A stretch of DNA of 63,038 bases, filler included, from Cercozoa sp. M6MM (lineage: Eukaryota > Protista > Endomyxa: Ascetosporea): NCBI GenBank assembly GCA_040357565.1. It is 5 parts of 5 records of this genome, joined end to end, with 100 filler letters (N's around TTAATTAATTAA, not from the genome) between each part and the next. Parts side by side here need not be neighbours in the genome. Positions count along the whole stretch, not along the records: positions 29,569 to 42,131 come from JBDODJ010000375.1; positions 42,232 to 46,799 come from JBDODJ010001105.1; 3 more parts are not named here. One strand, given 5' to 3'. Under the pieces are notes generated by a model, which was not told the DNA's origin, searched no databases, and was given only the letters and a program-made list of their open reading frames with translations. How positions within the stretch are numbered: position 1 is the stretch's first letter; each line of letters starts with the position of its first letter. Shown here one piece after another: positions 29,650 to 42,304 of this stretch. The position numbers were made by a program, and so were the translations under genes.

Positions 29650-30634
29650 ACAGGTCTCGGAAGACACCGCGAGCGAAGATTTCGCACGTGTTTCGCGGCA
29701 AGTCGCTCGTGGCCAGGCAGCTGCAATACCTCCCAGGGTACCCCCTACCTCTCCCTTACCCCCTTTACCCCCCTCTTGTACTTTCGTATTCCTCCTATTA
29801 TACTCTCTTACTTCCCCTATGGTTTAGAGATGAGCACAAGTCGCTCCGAGCGCCGGAATTCCGTGAAGCAGTATTTTTTGCCTGGGGGGGTATATGGGGG
29901 TATGGGGGTATGGGGGGCAGGAGGTAAAGAAGTAGGGGGTAAAGGTGGGGATAAAGGGCGAGGGGAGGGGTAAAACTTACAGGTCTCGGAAGACACCGCG
30001 AGCGAAGATTTCGCACGTGTTTCGCGGCAAGTCGCTCGTGGCCAGGCAGCTGCAATACCTCCCAGGGTACCCCCTACCTCTCCCTTACCCCCTTTACCCC
30101 CCCCCCCCCCAACAGCATATTGTACACGAGAACAAGGTCGCCTCGAACACGTGCCCAAACGGCGACGCGCGAATCCGCACATTTCACTTTCCTCAGTCGC
30201 TGCTGCTGTCGGGGAGGGGGGGGGGTAAAAGAGTAAAAAGGTAAAAGGGCTAGAAAAAGGTAAAGTAGGGGAGGTAGGGGGGTAAAACCGCAGTGTTGGC
30301 CGAGTCGACGTCGATGGCGACTTGCGAAGCGAGTCGCGCCACGGCGCGATCGGCGACGCGACGCATGTCGAGGTGCTTGCTCACCTCGCTCTGTACCCAT
30401 CGACTCCAACATCGGTCCCCAACTAACTGAACAGAGTGTACAGTGTCCCGCGTGTCGAAACGACAGTCGAACTGCGTCTCTGCCTCGCGATACAGTGCAC
30501 AAAAAAAGATCGACATCCCACACCGTCTCTGCCGTCTCGTGCTCGTGCAAAAAACAAGCCTCCCTGTCGCCCAAATCGATAAAGTCTGTATTAGCACGTC
30601 CAGACCACCTAAAACCACTGAGATCGCGCCGCAA
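29650..30634 (-). CDS. Hypothetical multi-exon protein, truncated at spacer, one exon present twice
   Basis: GC-rich exons between G/C-run introns (30290-30392, 30125-30208, 29980-30052, 29830-29882). No motif recognised. Confidence 0.4.
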
Positions 30635-30762
30635 GCAGCAAACAACCAGAGCCAGAGCCCACTGGCTCGTATGATTCCAATCGGCTGCAGGCTCGAATGA
30701 ATGCGCCGTTTCCGCATCAGCGCGCTGCAGTTTGTTGTTTTAGCACGATCGGTGGCAGGAAG

Positions 30763-32945
30763 AATGGCAGGCACAGCCGGAGGACCGTCAGCGGCCGGTG
30801 GTAGTACGACCATTCTGCCGCGCGACACTGGCAAAGAGAAGGTCAAGACTGAGTCGGTCACTCTGCGCAAGTGGGCGCGCAAGTCGTTCGGCATTCTGTT
30901 CAGTGTGCGACCGTCCAAGCAGGTGCCTTCACTGCCTGTCTGTCTGTGTGTCTGTGTGTGTCTGTGTCTGTGTCTGTGTGGTGTCTGCACTGTGTATCCC
31001 TGTTGCTTTCGTTGGACAGCAAGAGTACCGCAAGTTCCTCGTGTGGCGCTCGCCGCTCGTGCCGCTGCTGGCCGTCGCAGGTCTCGGCGCTCTCACTTAT
31101 CAGGTAGCAGAGTTGCTTCGAGTTGAGTCGAGTTGAGTTGCGTTGAGTTGCTTTGCTTTGCTTCGATTGAGTTGCTTTGCTTTGCTTCGATTGAGTTGCT
31201 TTGCTTTGCTTCGATTGAGTTGCTTTGCTTTGCTTTGCCTCGAGTTGAGCTGAGTTGCTTTGAGTTGAGTTGAGTTGCTTTGAGATGAGTTGAGTTCAGT
31301 TGAGTTCAGTTGAGCTGCCCGAGTTCAGTTGAGTTGAGTTGCTTGAGTTGAGTTGCTTGAGTTGAGTTGCTTGAGTTGAGTTGCTTGAGTTGAGTTGCTT
31401 TGAGTTGCTTTGAGTTGAGTTGCTTTGCTTTGCAGTCGTGGCAAGACGCGCGGCAGCTGCAGCAGCGTCGGCAAGAATTCGTGAGTCGCGAGTTCGGCAG
31501 CATCGTGGACTGGATGAGCGAGCTGCGACTCAATCGAGCCGCTGTTTCCGACGACGCTTTCGTGCGCGGTCTGCTGGACGGGTCGATTGTACCCCTGCTC
31601 CCTTAACTCCTGCCCCTTACCGCCACCCCTTTAACCCCACCCTTTAACCCTTACCCCCACCCCTTAACCCCACCCCTTAACCCCTCCCCCATGTCCCCTT
31701 AACTACCCCCCCCCCCCCCAGGATTCGCCAATGATGGACCGAGTGAAACACACGGCCATGGGAATCGAGAGTATGCAGCAGTTGCCGACAAAGTTGTTCG
31801 GCAGCAGTACCTGCCGTGGCAGTACAGATGGCAGTACGGATGGCAGGAGTGACGACAAAGAGGAACAGCTCAGCGACACTGTGCCCAGAGAGCAACTCTC
31901 GCAGCATGACTTTCTGCGCGGACTGCTCGGCTTCTACCGCGAGTACTACGACACGGCGGCGCAGCACGAGCGCGATTTCTTCTTCGCCGACACTCTGGCG
32001 GCCAACTTGCCCGCGTTGGCACGTCTCAATTTCGACAAAGCTTTCGCTGCTTCGAGTGCCAAAGCTACTGCTTCGAGTGACGAAGCTTCGATTTCGAGTG
32101 ACAAAGCTTCGATTTCGAGTGACAAAGCTTCGATTTCGAGTGACAAAGCTACTGCTTCGAGTGACGAAGCTTCGATTTCGAGTGACTCCTCGCTGCTGCG
32201 ACTGAGCAAGCAGCAGATCCGCGTGCTGGGACGCGAGCTGCGCTTCTGGCTCGGCCGTTCCGACGCTTGGGCCGTTTTCATCGGCGAGCAGTTCGGTATT
32301 TTGCTTTGCTTTGCTCCGACTTGAGCTGAGTTGCTTTGCTTTGCTTGAGTTGCTTCGACTTGAGTTGAGTTGCTTTGCTTTGGTTGGAGTTTTGAGTTGC
32401 TTTGCTTAAAGTTTTGAGTTGCTTTGTTTGCTTCGAGTTGAGTTGAGTTGCTTTGCTTTGAGTTGAGTTGAGTTGCGAGTTGCTTTGGGCAGAAGAGGCA
32501 GTGGATCCGGGACGCGGCCTGGCGACGGACGCGCGACCTCCTTGGCTGCGACGTGTGTGGCTGCCGGCGCACGGAGTGCTGCGTGCCGTGCAGCGCGGCG
32601 ACACCGACGCCGTGTCGCTGCTGTATGCGCTGGATCGCTTCGGCGCACTGGAGGCGGCGGTTTCTTGCGTGGCTGAGGCCTCGGAGGCTGTGCCTGTGCG
32701 CGTGAGGGACAGCAGCTCCATGCCTGATGTTACTGAGGTACCTGTATATCTATAAATATAGATATAGATATGTGTGTATATCTGTGCATGTGTATTGTTG
32801 TGTTTTGTTGTAATATTTTTTTTGGACTGTATGTATATTTATATACATATATATTTAATTATATACATATATATTTAATTACATATCTTTATATATATTT
32901 ATATATATATATATATATCATATACATGTATGTGTTTCTTTTTCG

Positions 32946-32983
<38 letters not shown>

Positions 32984-33078
32984 GTTATATACATATATAT
33001 TTAATTACTTATCTTCATATATATACAGAGATATTATATTCCTATATGTGTTTCTTCTTCGTATATATATATATATAT

Positions 33079-33113
<35 letters not shown>

Positions 33114-34613
33114 TATACGTATATATTTATTTATTTATTTATATACGTATATATTTATTTATAATATCCGCATATGTTTGTTTACCTACATATATGTATA
33201 CATCTTCATGTACGTATAAATTTCTTTATTTCTGCATGTATATTAACTTATTTATTTCTCTACATTTATGTATATATACATAAATATATAGACATGTATC
33301 AATCTGTGTACCAAGAAGTATGCACGTGTGTGTGGATGGCAGGTGGCCATGCTGTCACGTGCAGTGGCACTGGCGCGCGTGTTCCGTCTGGCACTGGCCG
33401 ACCTCAAGAGCAAAGGCACCTCGGTGCAGCCCGACGAGGCCAGCGGACTGGACAGTGCCGAGGCAGCCTACAGGAGTCACCGGCGGCGTCACTTGCAGCG
33501 CCGTCTGGCCGAGCTGCTGCAGTCTCTCTCGCGTCGTGAGCGACAAGCCTTCTCGCTGAGACACTCGCCGCTTGCTGATGTACGTTGGGACAAGGGAGGT
33601 GGGGTAGGGAGTAAGCTGGGGCAAGGGGGATAACACTTTGGCCGCAGTCGCAGTCGCTGCTGGATGAGTTCTCGCGCAAGATACCGGAGCACGCCGTGGT
33701 GCCGTCGCTCTCGCTGGAGGCCGTGCTGCCGGCCGGTCTCTTCTACCTCGGCATCCACCGCTACATGCCGGCACTGCACGAGTCCATCGCCTACACGGCC
33801 GTCTCCTTCATCGTCGGCACTGACTTTATGTATCCTGTCTGTGCCTATCTATCCATCCTTATATATATATATATATACTGTTTGGAAATATGTGTGGTGT
33901 CACTGCACAGGGCACGCAAGCTCATGATGGCGAGTTCCGTGCCTGCACCGCATGGTCACCGTATGCTTTCCTTTTGTCGTACTTTAAGGGGTTTGGTTTG
34001 GGCTGGGTCCAGTGGGTTTTTAATCACCTTTCATGGTTTTATTAAGTTCAAGAGCGTTGGGTATATACATACATAGAGATATAGGTAGTAAGTGCAATTT
34101 TGTTTTGGGTGGATGTCATTAGTGGTGTTCAAAGTGTCGAATGTGGCTTTATTAAACCAAAAAAGGCTACATTTTCTTTTTTGCATTTCTCTGCCATGTG
34201 ATGTGGAGTGTTTATCAGGATGGTCGCCCCTCCAGCCGCAGTTGTCGCTGCTGCCGACGCTGCCCCTGAGAACAAACGACGCCGACGGTCCAATCGCGGC
34301 AACTTCAGAGGCGTGGGACGTCTTCACGGCAGCACTGGTGGCCAACGTGATCACGACCTGTGCCGTGCTGCTTAAGTGGCCGCTCTTGTCGCTTAGCGTG
34401 CTCTCGGCCGGCCCACTCAAGAGCGGCGAGTCCATCCTCGAGATTATCAACAAGGAACTGGACAGGTACCTGTTGCTCCTCTACCCGTTTGTTTTTTATG
34501 CGTGTGTGACGTGGCACAGGCAACTCGAACAGATGGAGGGCAAGCCGCAGGAGAAGCGACCCACGCGTCTACAGCAGATCCAGCAGCAGCTTGATGCGCT
34601 TGACGTCGAGTAA
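30763..34613 (+). CDS. Hypothetical multi-pass membrane protein; multi-exon
   Basis: Consistent GT-AG exons from MAGTAGG to LDALDVE*. Hydrophobic segments include PLVPLLAVAGLGALTY, IAYTAVSFIVG and VFTAALVANVITTCAVLL. Confidence 0.6.
31110..31432. repeat. Intronic (GAGTT)/(GCTTT) pentamer satellite; second block at ~32300-32485
   Basis: Seen directly. Confidence 0.9.
32745..33300. repeat. AT-rich (TA)n/(ATTT)n low-complexity intron
   Basis: Seen directly, between a GTAC donor (~32738) and an acceptor (~33342). Confidence 0.85.
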
Positions 34614-35050
34614 ACTAACATGTCTGCGTTTCGTAGTACCAGTCTTCTGAAACATTGTTTGGTCAAGACCGACAAACATCAGCCCCCGGAAGCCAAAGAC
34701 TTCGATTTCTCATGCGGTTTGGACCGCCTGGGACTGCAACGGTGGGGAGGGGGTCAATCTTAACACTGCACTCTTGGCGGGCACGTTTTATCCGTCGCAG
34801 GCAATAGCGGCTGGCGTGACTTCAAGGGTTTCATCACGGGCGCCGATGACACGAAATTCGTCCTCTTTACTCAAGGGCAGCAAAATCCAGTGGATTGAGC
34901 TAATCAGCGAGACTGAGAAGGAGACCTGCAAGACTTGCTATAGAGGCCAGAGGGGCCAGACATTCAATTGCGAAGATCGAAGACTCAGACCGAGCACTTT
35001 GGATGATAAAGAAACACAATGCAACGGCCAAAGAAACAAGAGCGGTTCTG

Positions 35051-35335
35051 AGTTAGTTAGTTGAGTCTTCTAGGAAACCAGCTGTGTAGCTTAGTTCCTG
35101 CACCAGTCCGGGGAGGACCATACAACTCTCCTTCCCTTTTGACGTTTCCCCAGACACCTAAGTCGACTACATGGTTGGTGCAAAGACGATGACTGCCAAC
35201 ACCTGGCTGTGAGGTATGCCCAGAAAGAATGAAGAGAAGACTCATGGCCGTGTGTTTAGAAAACTCAATACCTATGTGAGGAGACTCGGTGGGATGGATA
35301 GCGTCACCACCTCGCTGCACTATGCTGCGACTTCT
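35051..35335 (-). mobile_element. Non-LTR retroelement/SINE-like repeat, copy 4 (longest)
   Basis: Plus strand agttagttagttgagtcttctaggaaacca...cctgcaccagtccgggg...accatacaactc...ttttgacgtttccccagacacc is the reverse complement of copy 1/2 sequence. Confidence 0.78.
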
Positions 35336-35454
35336 AGCCCCCTCCCCCCTCCGCTCCTACCCTGGAGGTTGACTCCAAATAGAAACCGAACTAACTGTCG
35401 AGTGGGAAAGTAAAACAACGAGCAAACAAACACGCGACAGGGCGTTGGAATTGG

Positions 35455-35843
35455 TTAGTTCTTCCACTGGTGCGCGCACTCGATACACCGGAAGAACTGC
35501 GTCATCGGCTCATCGGCCGAGCGCGTCTGCATCTCATAAAAGTACGCCTTGCCGTGACCGCACTTGGGACACGTTTCTGCAGCAGAAGCAACAGCAGAGA
35601 TATAGACAACCACAAAAGGTACAAACCAGCTCGTAAAAAAGCAGTACCCTTGGTCTGCTGCGCGGACTCCCAGGCAGCGGCACCGCCCATGATGTCGTCG
35701 ACATCCTTGCGCGACAGACGCACAGAGGTCACCTCTCGCCCGCGAATGTCCATGATGTACGGACACGTTTCGCAAAAGTACCGCAAGCCATTTGAGGCCT
35801 CCTCAAGCAGCAGCAGGTTGGCACACGTGGGACAGAACTTCAT
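35455..35843 (-). CDS. POLR3K: RNA polymerase III subunit C11 (two zinc ribbons), 2 exons
   Basis: MKFCPTCANLL...YFCETCPY...KDVDDIMGGAAAWE / CPKCGHGKAYFYEMQTRSADEPMTQFFRCIECAHQWK. Confidence 0.95.
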
Positions 35844-36104
35844 CCTCAATCACGCACGTGTTCGGTGGCACCGAAACGATCAGGAAACACACTGCGCACG
35901 CCACAAGCACCAAATAGACTCGCGCAAACTAGATCACACAAAGAACACACCAGACACGCACCCACGCAAATTAAAGCGACGCAATGAACAAGGCAGCAGA
36001 ACTCGAAATCGATCAAACAAAAAATACGAAAAATCGGCGTTCCTCTGCCGATGTCGGCCACTATGAGGTAGTTTCTGTGAACTAATCGCTCCGTCAGCTC
36101 TAAA

Positions 36105-37358
36105 ATGAGCGAACTGGCGGTATTTCGGCAGCAAGCTGCGGTGTACAAGTCGAGGTTGGTTTTGACTGGGAAGGGGATGAACTGGCGTGAGTTACTTTGG
36201 GGATGAAAGCTCAGGTGCAGTGCGTTGGGAGAGATGCTGATCGAGAGAGACTCCGAAATTCAGCGTTTGCAACACTTGATAAAAACCAGCAGCATGCAGA
36301 AGCAGATCGAGCAGTTACTGCAGCGAGACGTGCAGTGGGCGGCAAGATGCACGGCTTTGGAGAAGCAGCTTGAGCAGCGGCAGCAAAGCGAGCTGCAACG
36401 TCAGTGCCAGCAACAGAGCGAAATCGAGCGACTGCGAGAACAACTGAACGAAAGCAACAGACTGCGTCAGAACGAGTCTCGAGTGCGAGCTCAGATGGAC
36501 GAGTTGCAAGGTAGCAGCTTTGAGTTGTGTCTCAGTTTCTACAGGTGGCGAAAGCTTAGATGTGCACTTGCGTCAGATCAGGAACGAAGAAAGAAAGAAA
36601 GCACCAGAAACGCCGAAAACGAAGACAAACTCGCGGATGCTTCTGCTTTGAATCGGCTGCTGGAACGTGATCTGCAGCAGCTGCGGCATCGCGCGCAGCT
36701 GAGTGAATCTCAACTCGTGGTGGCGCAGGCGCAAGTGCGACAAACGCAGCAAGTCCACGCAGAGGTACCAGCACAGCCATCATGGCCAGCTCTCACTCCA
36801 TAGATCTACCGTCAACGTACACAATTCAGCTCGACACTTTGGCAGAAAGAACAAGCTTTGGACGAGCTGCGGAGTCTGAGGCACCGGCACTCGCAACTCG
36901 AGTACGACACCGCACTGCTGCAGCAGCAACTCGACCAAGCTCACCGGTCGCTGCGACTGGCACTGCGTGACACTCCGCTGTCTCACGGTACTTCGACGCA
37001 AACCACCGAGTCCCGCACACACCAGAGCTTCCGCGCGGCTGCCACGCAGACCCAACGTGACCAGAAACTGCAGAGCTGCGTCAACAGCATGCGCACGGCC
37101 TGCTTGCTGCTGAGCGAAACCGAGTCCGACCTCGAACTTTCTGCATCGGAACTTTCCGCTGCAATGCGCACTCTGCAGTGCGAAACTGAGCCGACTTTCG
37201 TCAAAGAGAACCAACCGCAAGCTGAACCAGAAAAAGCCGAAAGCATCGAAGTGCTTCTACCGCACTGTGCGAAACTCGTGCAGCGACTCGGAGAGCACGT
37301 GCGCGAGCAGGTGCTCTGCCTGGCAGCGCGTGTTCGACACGTCGATTTTATTTTTTAG
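36105..37358 (+). CDS. Hypothetical coiled-coil protein; multi-exon
   Basis: Q/E/L/R-rich heptad exons with GT-AG junctions. Confidence 0.6.
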
Positions 37359-37439
37359 CACTACGCCACAACGTACGCTTTGTACGAAATCGATATATTC
37401 AGTTAAAACGAACACAGGCACGACGAAAATGCTGCTGGG

Positions 37440-38444
37440 CTAGTCCATCGCATCCGAAAGCATCTGCAGTCTCTGGTCGATGTCGTCAACCGAGAGGATC
37501 TTGACCCTGCACACAGAAAAAGCATATCCGATCAATTCACTGACTGAGCAGGCAAGGTGTGGCCGTACTCAGGCTCGTCGGCGGTGCAGACAAGGACCTC
37601 GAAGTCAGTGGGCTTAAGGTCGCTACCAACGACGTGCTGCAGACACAGGATCGCCGTGGCCATGGCGTCGTCGAAGGAGAGAGCGCCGCCCGGCGTGTGC
37701 TCGTCGCCGCGCTCCTTCAGTTGCTTCTCCAGGAAGTTGGACGCCTCCTGCAAAGGGACCAAGCATGCACATCTACTCGGAACGTAAAGCGCAGTCGCTA
37801 CTGTATACCTGCTCCTTGGCACCGGCGGCGGTGGCGTGATAGCCCACAAAGTGACCGGCTGGGTCGACCTTGTACAGGAGAGGGCCCTTCTCATCGTCCA
37901 TGCCGGCCAGCATGTTGACCACGGCAGGCAGACGCATGTACATTGTTTGCGTAAAGTACTGCTGGAAGTCGCCGAGCTTTGACGCCAAGTGGTCCACCTG
38001 TGCCACACAGAGATGCACCAACATGCACACACATACATACAGGGCCCGAAAGACAAGAGATACGGGAATGCCGTAGCCATTCTGTTGACGGAACTCGGCC
38101 GCTCGCTGCTGCAGCAGCAGCGTCTGCAGCTGCGCATCCGGGTTGCTGCCGGTGACACACGAGCCGACACGTCGCGTGATGCGGAACATGTTGGTCACGG
38201 ACGCCGGGTCCAGCAGCTTGTCCGGAACCTTCTTCTGCGTCACCATGACGACGCAATCCTTGCCACGCACACCCACCGACGTGAGCGCACTGTGCTTTAC
38301 GGCCTTGAAGGCATACTCTGCGAAACACACGCATTTGAGTACCAAAAAAACAGTGAGGTAATTTTAGCAAAACTCACCCACTTGGAAGAGCTGGCCGCTC
38401 GGACTGAAGATGTTGTAGCGATCGAAAACGCCCCGACTCGACAT
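37440..38444 (-). CDS. PSMA6: 20S proteasome subunit alpha-1 (alpha type-6)
   Basis: [80 protein letters not shown]. Confidence 0.95.
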
Positions 38445-38847
38445 CACTGTGCTTACTGCGTGCTAGCAAAAATCCGGCCTCTGAGTGTCCCAAACACCCA
38501 CAAGTTTTTTCTTGAAGCTGCTGGAAAAAGTCTCGACTTGCAAGATAGTGCCCCCAGACGTTGCTAAAGCACTTTCGCAACTACCACTGCACACTGCAAC
38601 GGAAATCTCGCTCTGACCTTGCAAAACATCAGGGCTGGGATAATCCTCTTCTGAATGATAGAGTTTATTGCACTTTAAACGTATGCATATACGGTCTAAT
38701 ACAAAGGCAAACTTGTTCCTTGCGCAGAACACGCTATAGATGCCGCTGGATTCTGATTATTTTTTAGATTTTTCGCTCCCGGCGATCAGCGGATCTAGAG
38801 CGCACCAGAGTGTGTGGCTCGTGTACTGAGGTTTGATTTAACACAGA

Positions 38848-40081
38848 ATGGGCCAGAAATCGTCGAGGCCGTCGAGCGAGCGCCCGGGTGCGCAGGCGCC
38901 TGTGGCTGAACAGGAAGGTATTCGAGTTCGTTTTCTTGGTTCGTGGTTATTGAAGCAAACTTGTCCTGTGCTGCAGATGAGAAAGCGTCGCTTCGTTCAC
39001 TGGTGCGTGAGCGTCAGTCGCGTCGCGCTGAGGAAGCTATTTCTTCAGTCCCCGGCGAGTGGTAAAAATCCATTTGGAGAAACGCCGCACAGAAGCGTGA
39101 TCCATTTTATTAATTTTGTGCAGGTGGACGGAGGTCCAGCGTCTGGCAGACGAGTCGCCACTTGCAGTGGCCGATGTGGCTGCGCTACTGCCTCAGTTCC
39201 GTGAGCTGGCCGCCGAATCCGCCGAGAATCCGTCAACGATTGAGTTTTCGCAGTTCCGCGATGCTTTGTCACACAATGGCATCAATGTGAGGTGCGTTTG
39301 TCTGTCAGTGTGTGCTTTACCCCTTGTCTAACATAACCTTGTCTAACATAATGATAAAACTTGATCACACAGTGCGGATGATGTCGTGCTTCGTCGTCTG
39401 TTTCATCGTTTCGACCTGAATCGCGATGGACAACTCGACTTCCGTCAGTTCACACTCGGTCTATGCGCCCTGTCCAAGGGCAACCTACGCGACAAGGTGC
39501 TTTCGCGCTAAAGCTTTTTTTTTTTGCAATGTGGGAGCTACCTGCGTGTGTGTTGCGTGACTTTTCCCGCAGGTCGAGCTGATGTTCTCGCTGTACGATC
39601 TGGACGACAGCGGCCAAATCTCGCGCGGCGAGATGTGCCGCGTACTCGAGCAGCTCGACGAAGAAGCGCAGGCACTCGCGGCCATTGACGCTGCTACCGT
39701 AGCATCTGCTTTTTCTGCACTTTACAAAAACAGACTGATTTTTTGGCGTGACAGGCCGCTGATTTGCGCCAGGAACGCCACGCCGCCATCGGCGAATTCG
39801 TCGACAAAATGTTTGACAAATACGACCGGTACGATCCTGTGACTTAACCAATTCTGTTCACAAACGAGTGTCGCGTGTCACAGTGACCGCTCGGGTCACC
39901 TCTCGTTCGCGCAGTTCTTGCGCGCCGTGTGCAACCACCCGGTACGTTTTTTTTTCTCGCTCAAACAAGCTTGAAGTTTTCCACATTGTTTTCACATGGG
40001 TTTGTGCAGGTGCTGGTGCAGCTGTACGAGCAGCGCCCCAATGACACGAGTCTCGATGACTTGCGTGCTGCGTCGCAGTAA
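38848..40081 (+). CDS. N-myristoylated EF-hand calcium sensor (calcineurin B-like/NCS family)
   Basis: MGQKSS myristoylation motif; RLFHRFDLNRDGQLDFRQFTLGLCALSKGNLRDK/VELMFSLYDLDDSGQISRGE; further EF-hand KYDR/DRSGHLSFAQF. Confidence 0.88.
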
Positions 40082-40255
40082 ACTGTGCACAAAGTCGAGC
40101 CGGGTTTGATCTCTTTCAATTGGCCTGTCATGTTCGCGCGCACGACGCTCGACCCCTGAACTGCTGGAAGCCTGCCAATTGACTTTTATTAAAATCAACA
40201 TGACCCACGCGATTTGAGCTCAATTTATTGCAACAACCAGCGCAGCTAAGAGCAA

Positions 40256-42095
40256 TCACTCGAGTTCAGGCCGTTGCTGTAGGCGTTGCTGCTGTCGCCG
40301 CAAGAAGGCAGCGTGCATGCGTTGCAACGAGGCACGGCAGTCAACACGTGCGCGCAGTTTGATGGCCGTTAGAAAGGCGCCCGTGAGTTTTCGGTGCAGA
40401 CTGTAGGCTTCCACCGGCGGTGGCGTGTGCCGTTCCCTCATGATGTCGCTCGCGTACTGCAACACAAGCTAGCGACTGCTGGACACAATTGAAAAAAAAG
40501 ACTCGGTACAGCAGACATGCGCGACATAATATCGGGCTGCCTGAAGTCAAAGCCGCCTTCCTCATTGTGCTCCTTGCGGAAAGGCAGGCCAATAGCGGCA
40601 CCAGCCAGAGCGTACTTCGTCTGTAGACTGTCGCCCTCCTCGCCTGCCAAAACAAACTCAAAATGTCAAACAAAGCAAAACAGCGGCCCTGAGTAGATGA
40701 GGCACCAGTCATGAAGCCCAAACGAGTCGAAAACTCCTTGATCCTGTCGTGGTCATTGTCAGCACACGCGAGCACAAGTTGCAAGTAGTCGTCGGCAAAA
40801 GTTTCGGCAAAGTGTGACGTGGCCCCGAAGTCGATCAGTGCAATCGAGCGCGTTTCTTCGTCGTACAAAAAGTTCGACCAGTTCGGATCGGTCTGCATAA
40901 GCCGGAACTCGAACAGTTCGCGCATCGTCAGTTCGAACAGTGCTGTGGCATGCAGCATCATGTAGCATCCTTTTAGTTCATCGCAAGTGGGGCTACAGGC
41001 AACATACCTTGTGCAATCGAGTCACGTTCCTCCTGCGGCAAGTGCTGCAGCTGGTCCAGCGGCACACCGCGCACCATCTCGGACACGAGTACCCTCCGCG
41101 TACTAAGCTCGGGCACCACGGCCTACTCATGGCACATGTACTATAGCCAGCCCGTACACCTTAAACAAAAGCAAAGCCTACAGGAACATAGAATCGCTGC
41201 GACAGCGTCGGATCGTTCGCTATCAGGTGTCGCATTTCCTCTTGGAACTTTGCCTAAAGACAAGAGGGGGGGGGGGGTAAGAAAAGATTAAGGGGGACGG
41301 GGGCAAGCACCTCGTTGTTGTAGTCACACTCACGGCGCAGTTCGGCACGCGCGAACTCGAGAATACGCTCGATGAAGAGCGACGGCGGCAGCGGCAGCAG
41401 CGACAGCAGCGTCCTTAACGAGGACAGATCGCTATCGACGGCGTCGGCCTATCCTCATTTTTTAGTTAAGGGTGAGACTGAGCAACGCAGCCTTAAATAG
41501 CGAGCAATACCACTCCGGGATACTGGAGTTTCACGGCCACGACTCTGCCGTCTGGCAGCACGGCACGGTGTACCTGACCGATCGATGCGGCTACAGAGAA
41601 GCCCCTTTAACCATAAGTAGGCCCCTTAAATTATAAAACTTGCCAACAGTAGGCCCCCTTAACAGAGGTGGGATACCAGCGATGGGCGCCTCGTCGAACA
41701 CGGCGAACTTGTGCTGCCAGTCGCCGAGTTCTTCCGTCAGCACGGCACGCTGCTGCGTCACCGGCATCACGTCGGCGTCGTCGCGCACACGCTTCAGTAG
41801 CGACGGTAGCGGCTCTGGCTACAGTCAGTCCAGTCCAGGGTCCAGTACAAGGTCCAGTCCAAGGTCCAGTTTAGTCCCAGACCACTGGGACACACTGTCC
41901 CTCTCATATACCTCTCGTATACACATGTACCAGAACAGAGACGTCCTGGATCGACGCCACCTGACCGAGTTTCAGAGCAGCTCCTCGCATCCTGGAGGTA
42001 AGAGGTACAGGGGGTACAGGAGTACAGGGGGGTAAAGGTACCGACACAAAGTGGCTGTCAATCGCTCGGCGTTTGCTTCGCTCAGTGCGGCTCTG
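40256..42095 (-). CDS. COQ8: ABC1/UbiB atypical kinase COQ8 (ADCK3/4); 5' end lost at spacer
   Basis: [86 protein letters not shown]. Confidence 0.93.
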
Positions 42096-42131
42096 TGTTG
42101 GGGGGGGGGTAAGGAGTGTGGGGGGGGGGGG

Positions 42132-42231
42132 NNNNNNNNNNNNNNNNNNNNNNNNNNNNNNNNNNNNNNNNNNNNTTAATTAATTAANNNNNNNNNNNNN
42201 NNNNNNNNNNNNNNNNNNNNNNNNNNNNNNN
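42132..42231. other. Artificial contig-joining spacer
   Basis: 44 N + TTAATTAATTAA + 44 N. Confidence 0.95.
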
Positions 42232-42304
42232 GGGGGGGGGGGGGGTAAAGGGAGTCGAGATAAAGGAGTGGGGATAGAGGGAGGAGGGGGCAAGAAGGCA
42301 AGCC

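Noticed and set aside
32770-33219. Tyr/Ile-rich 149-aa ORF
   Set aside because: Translation of an AT microsatellite intron.
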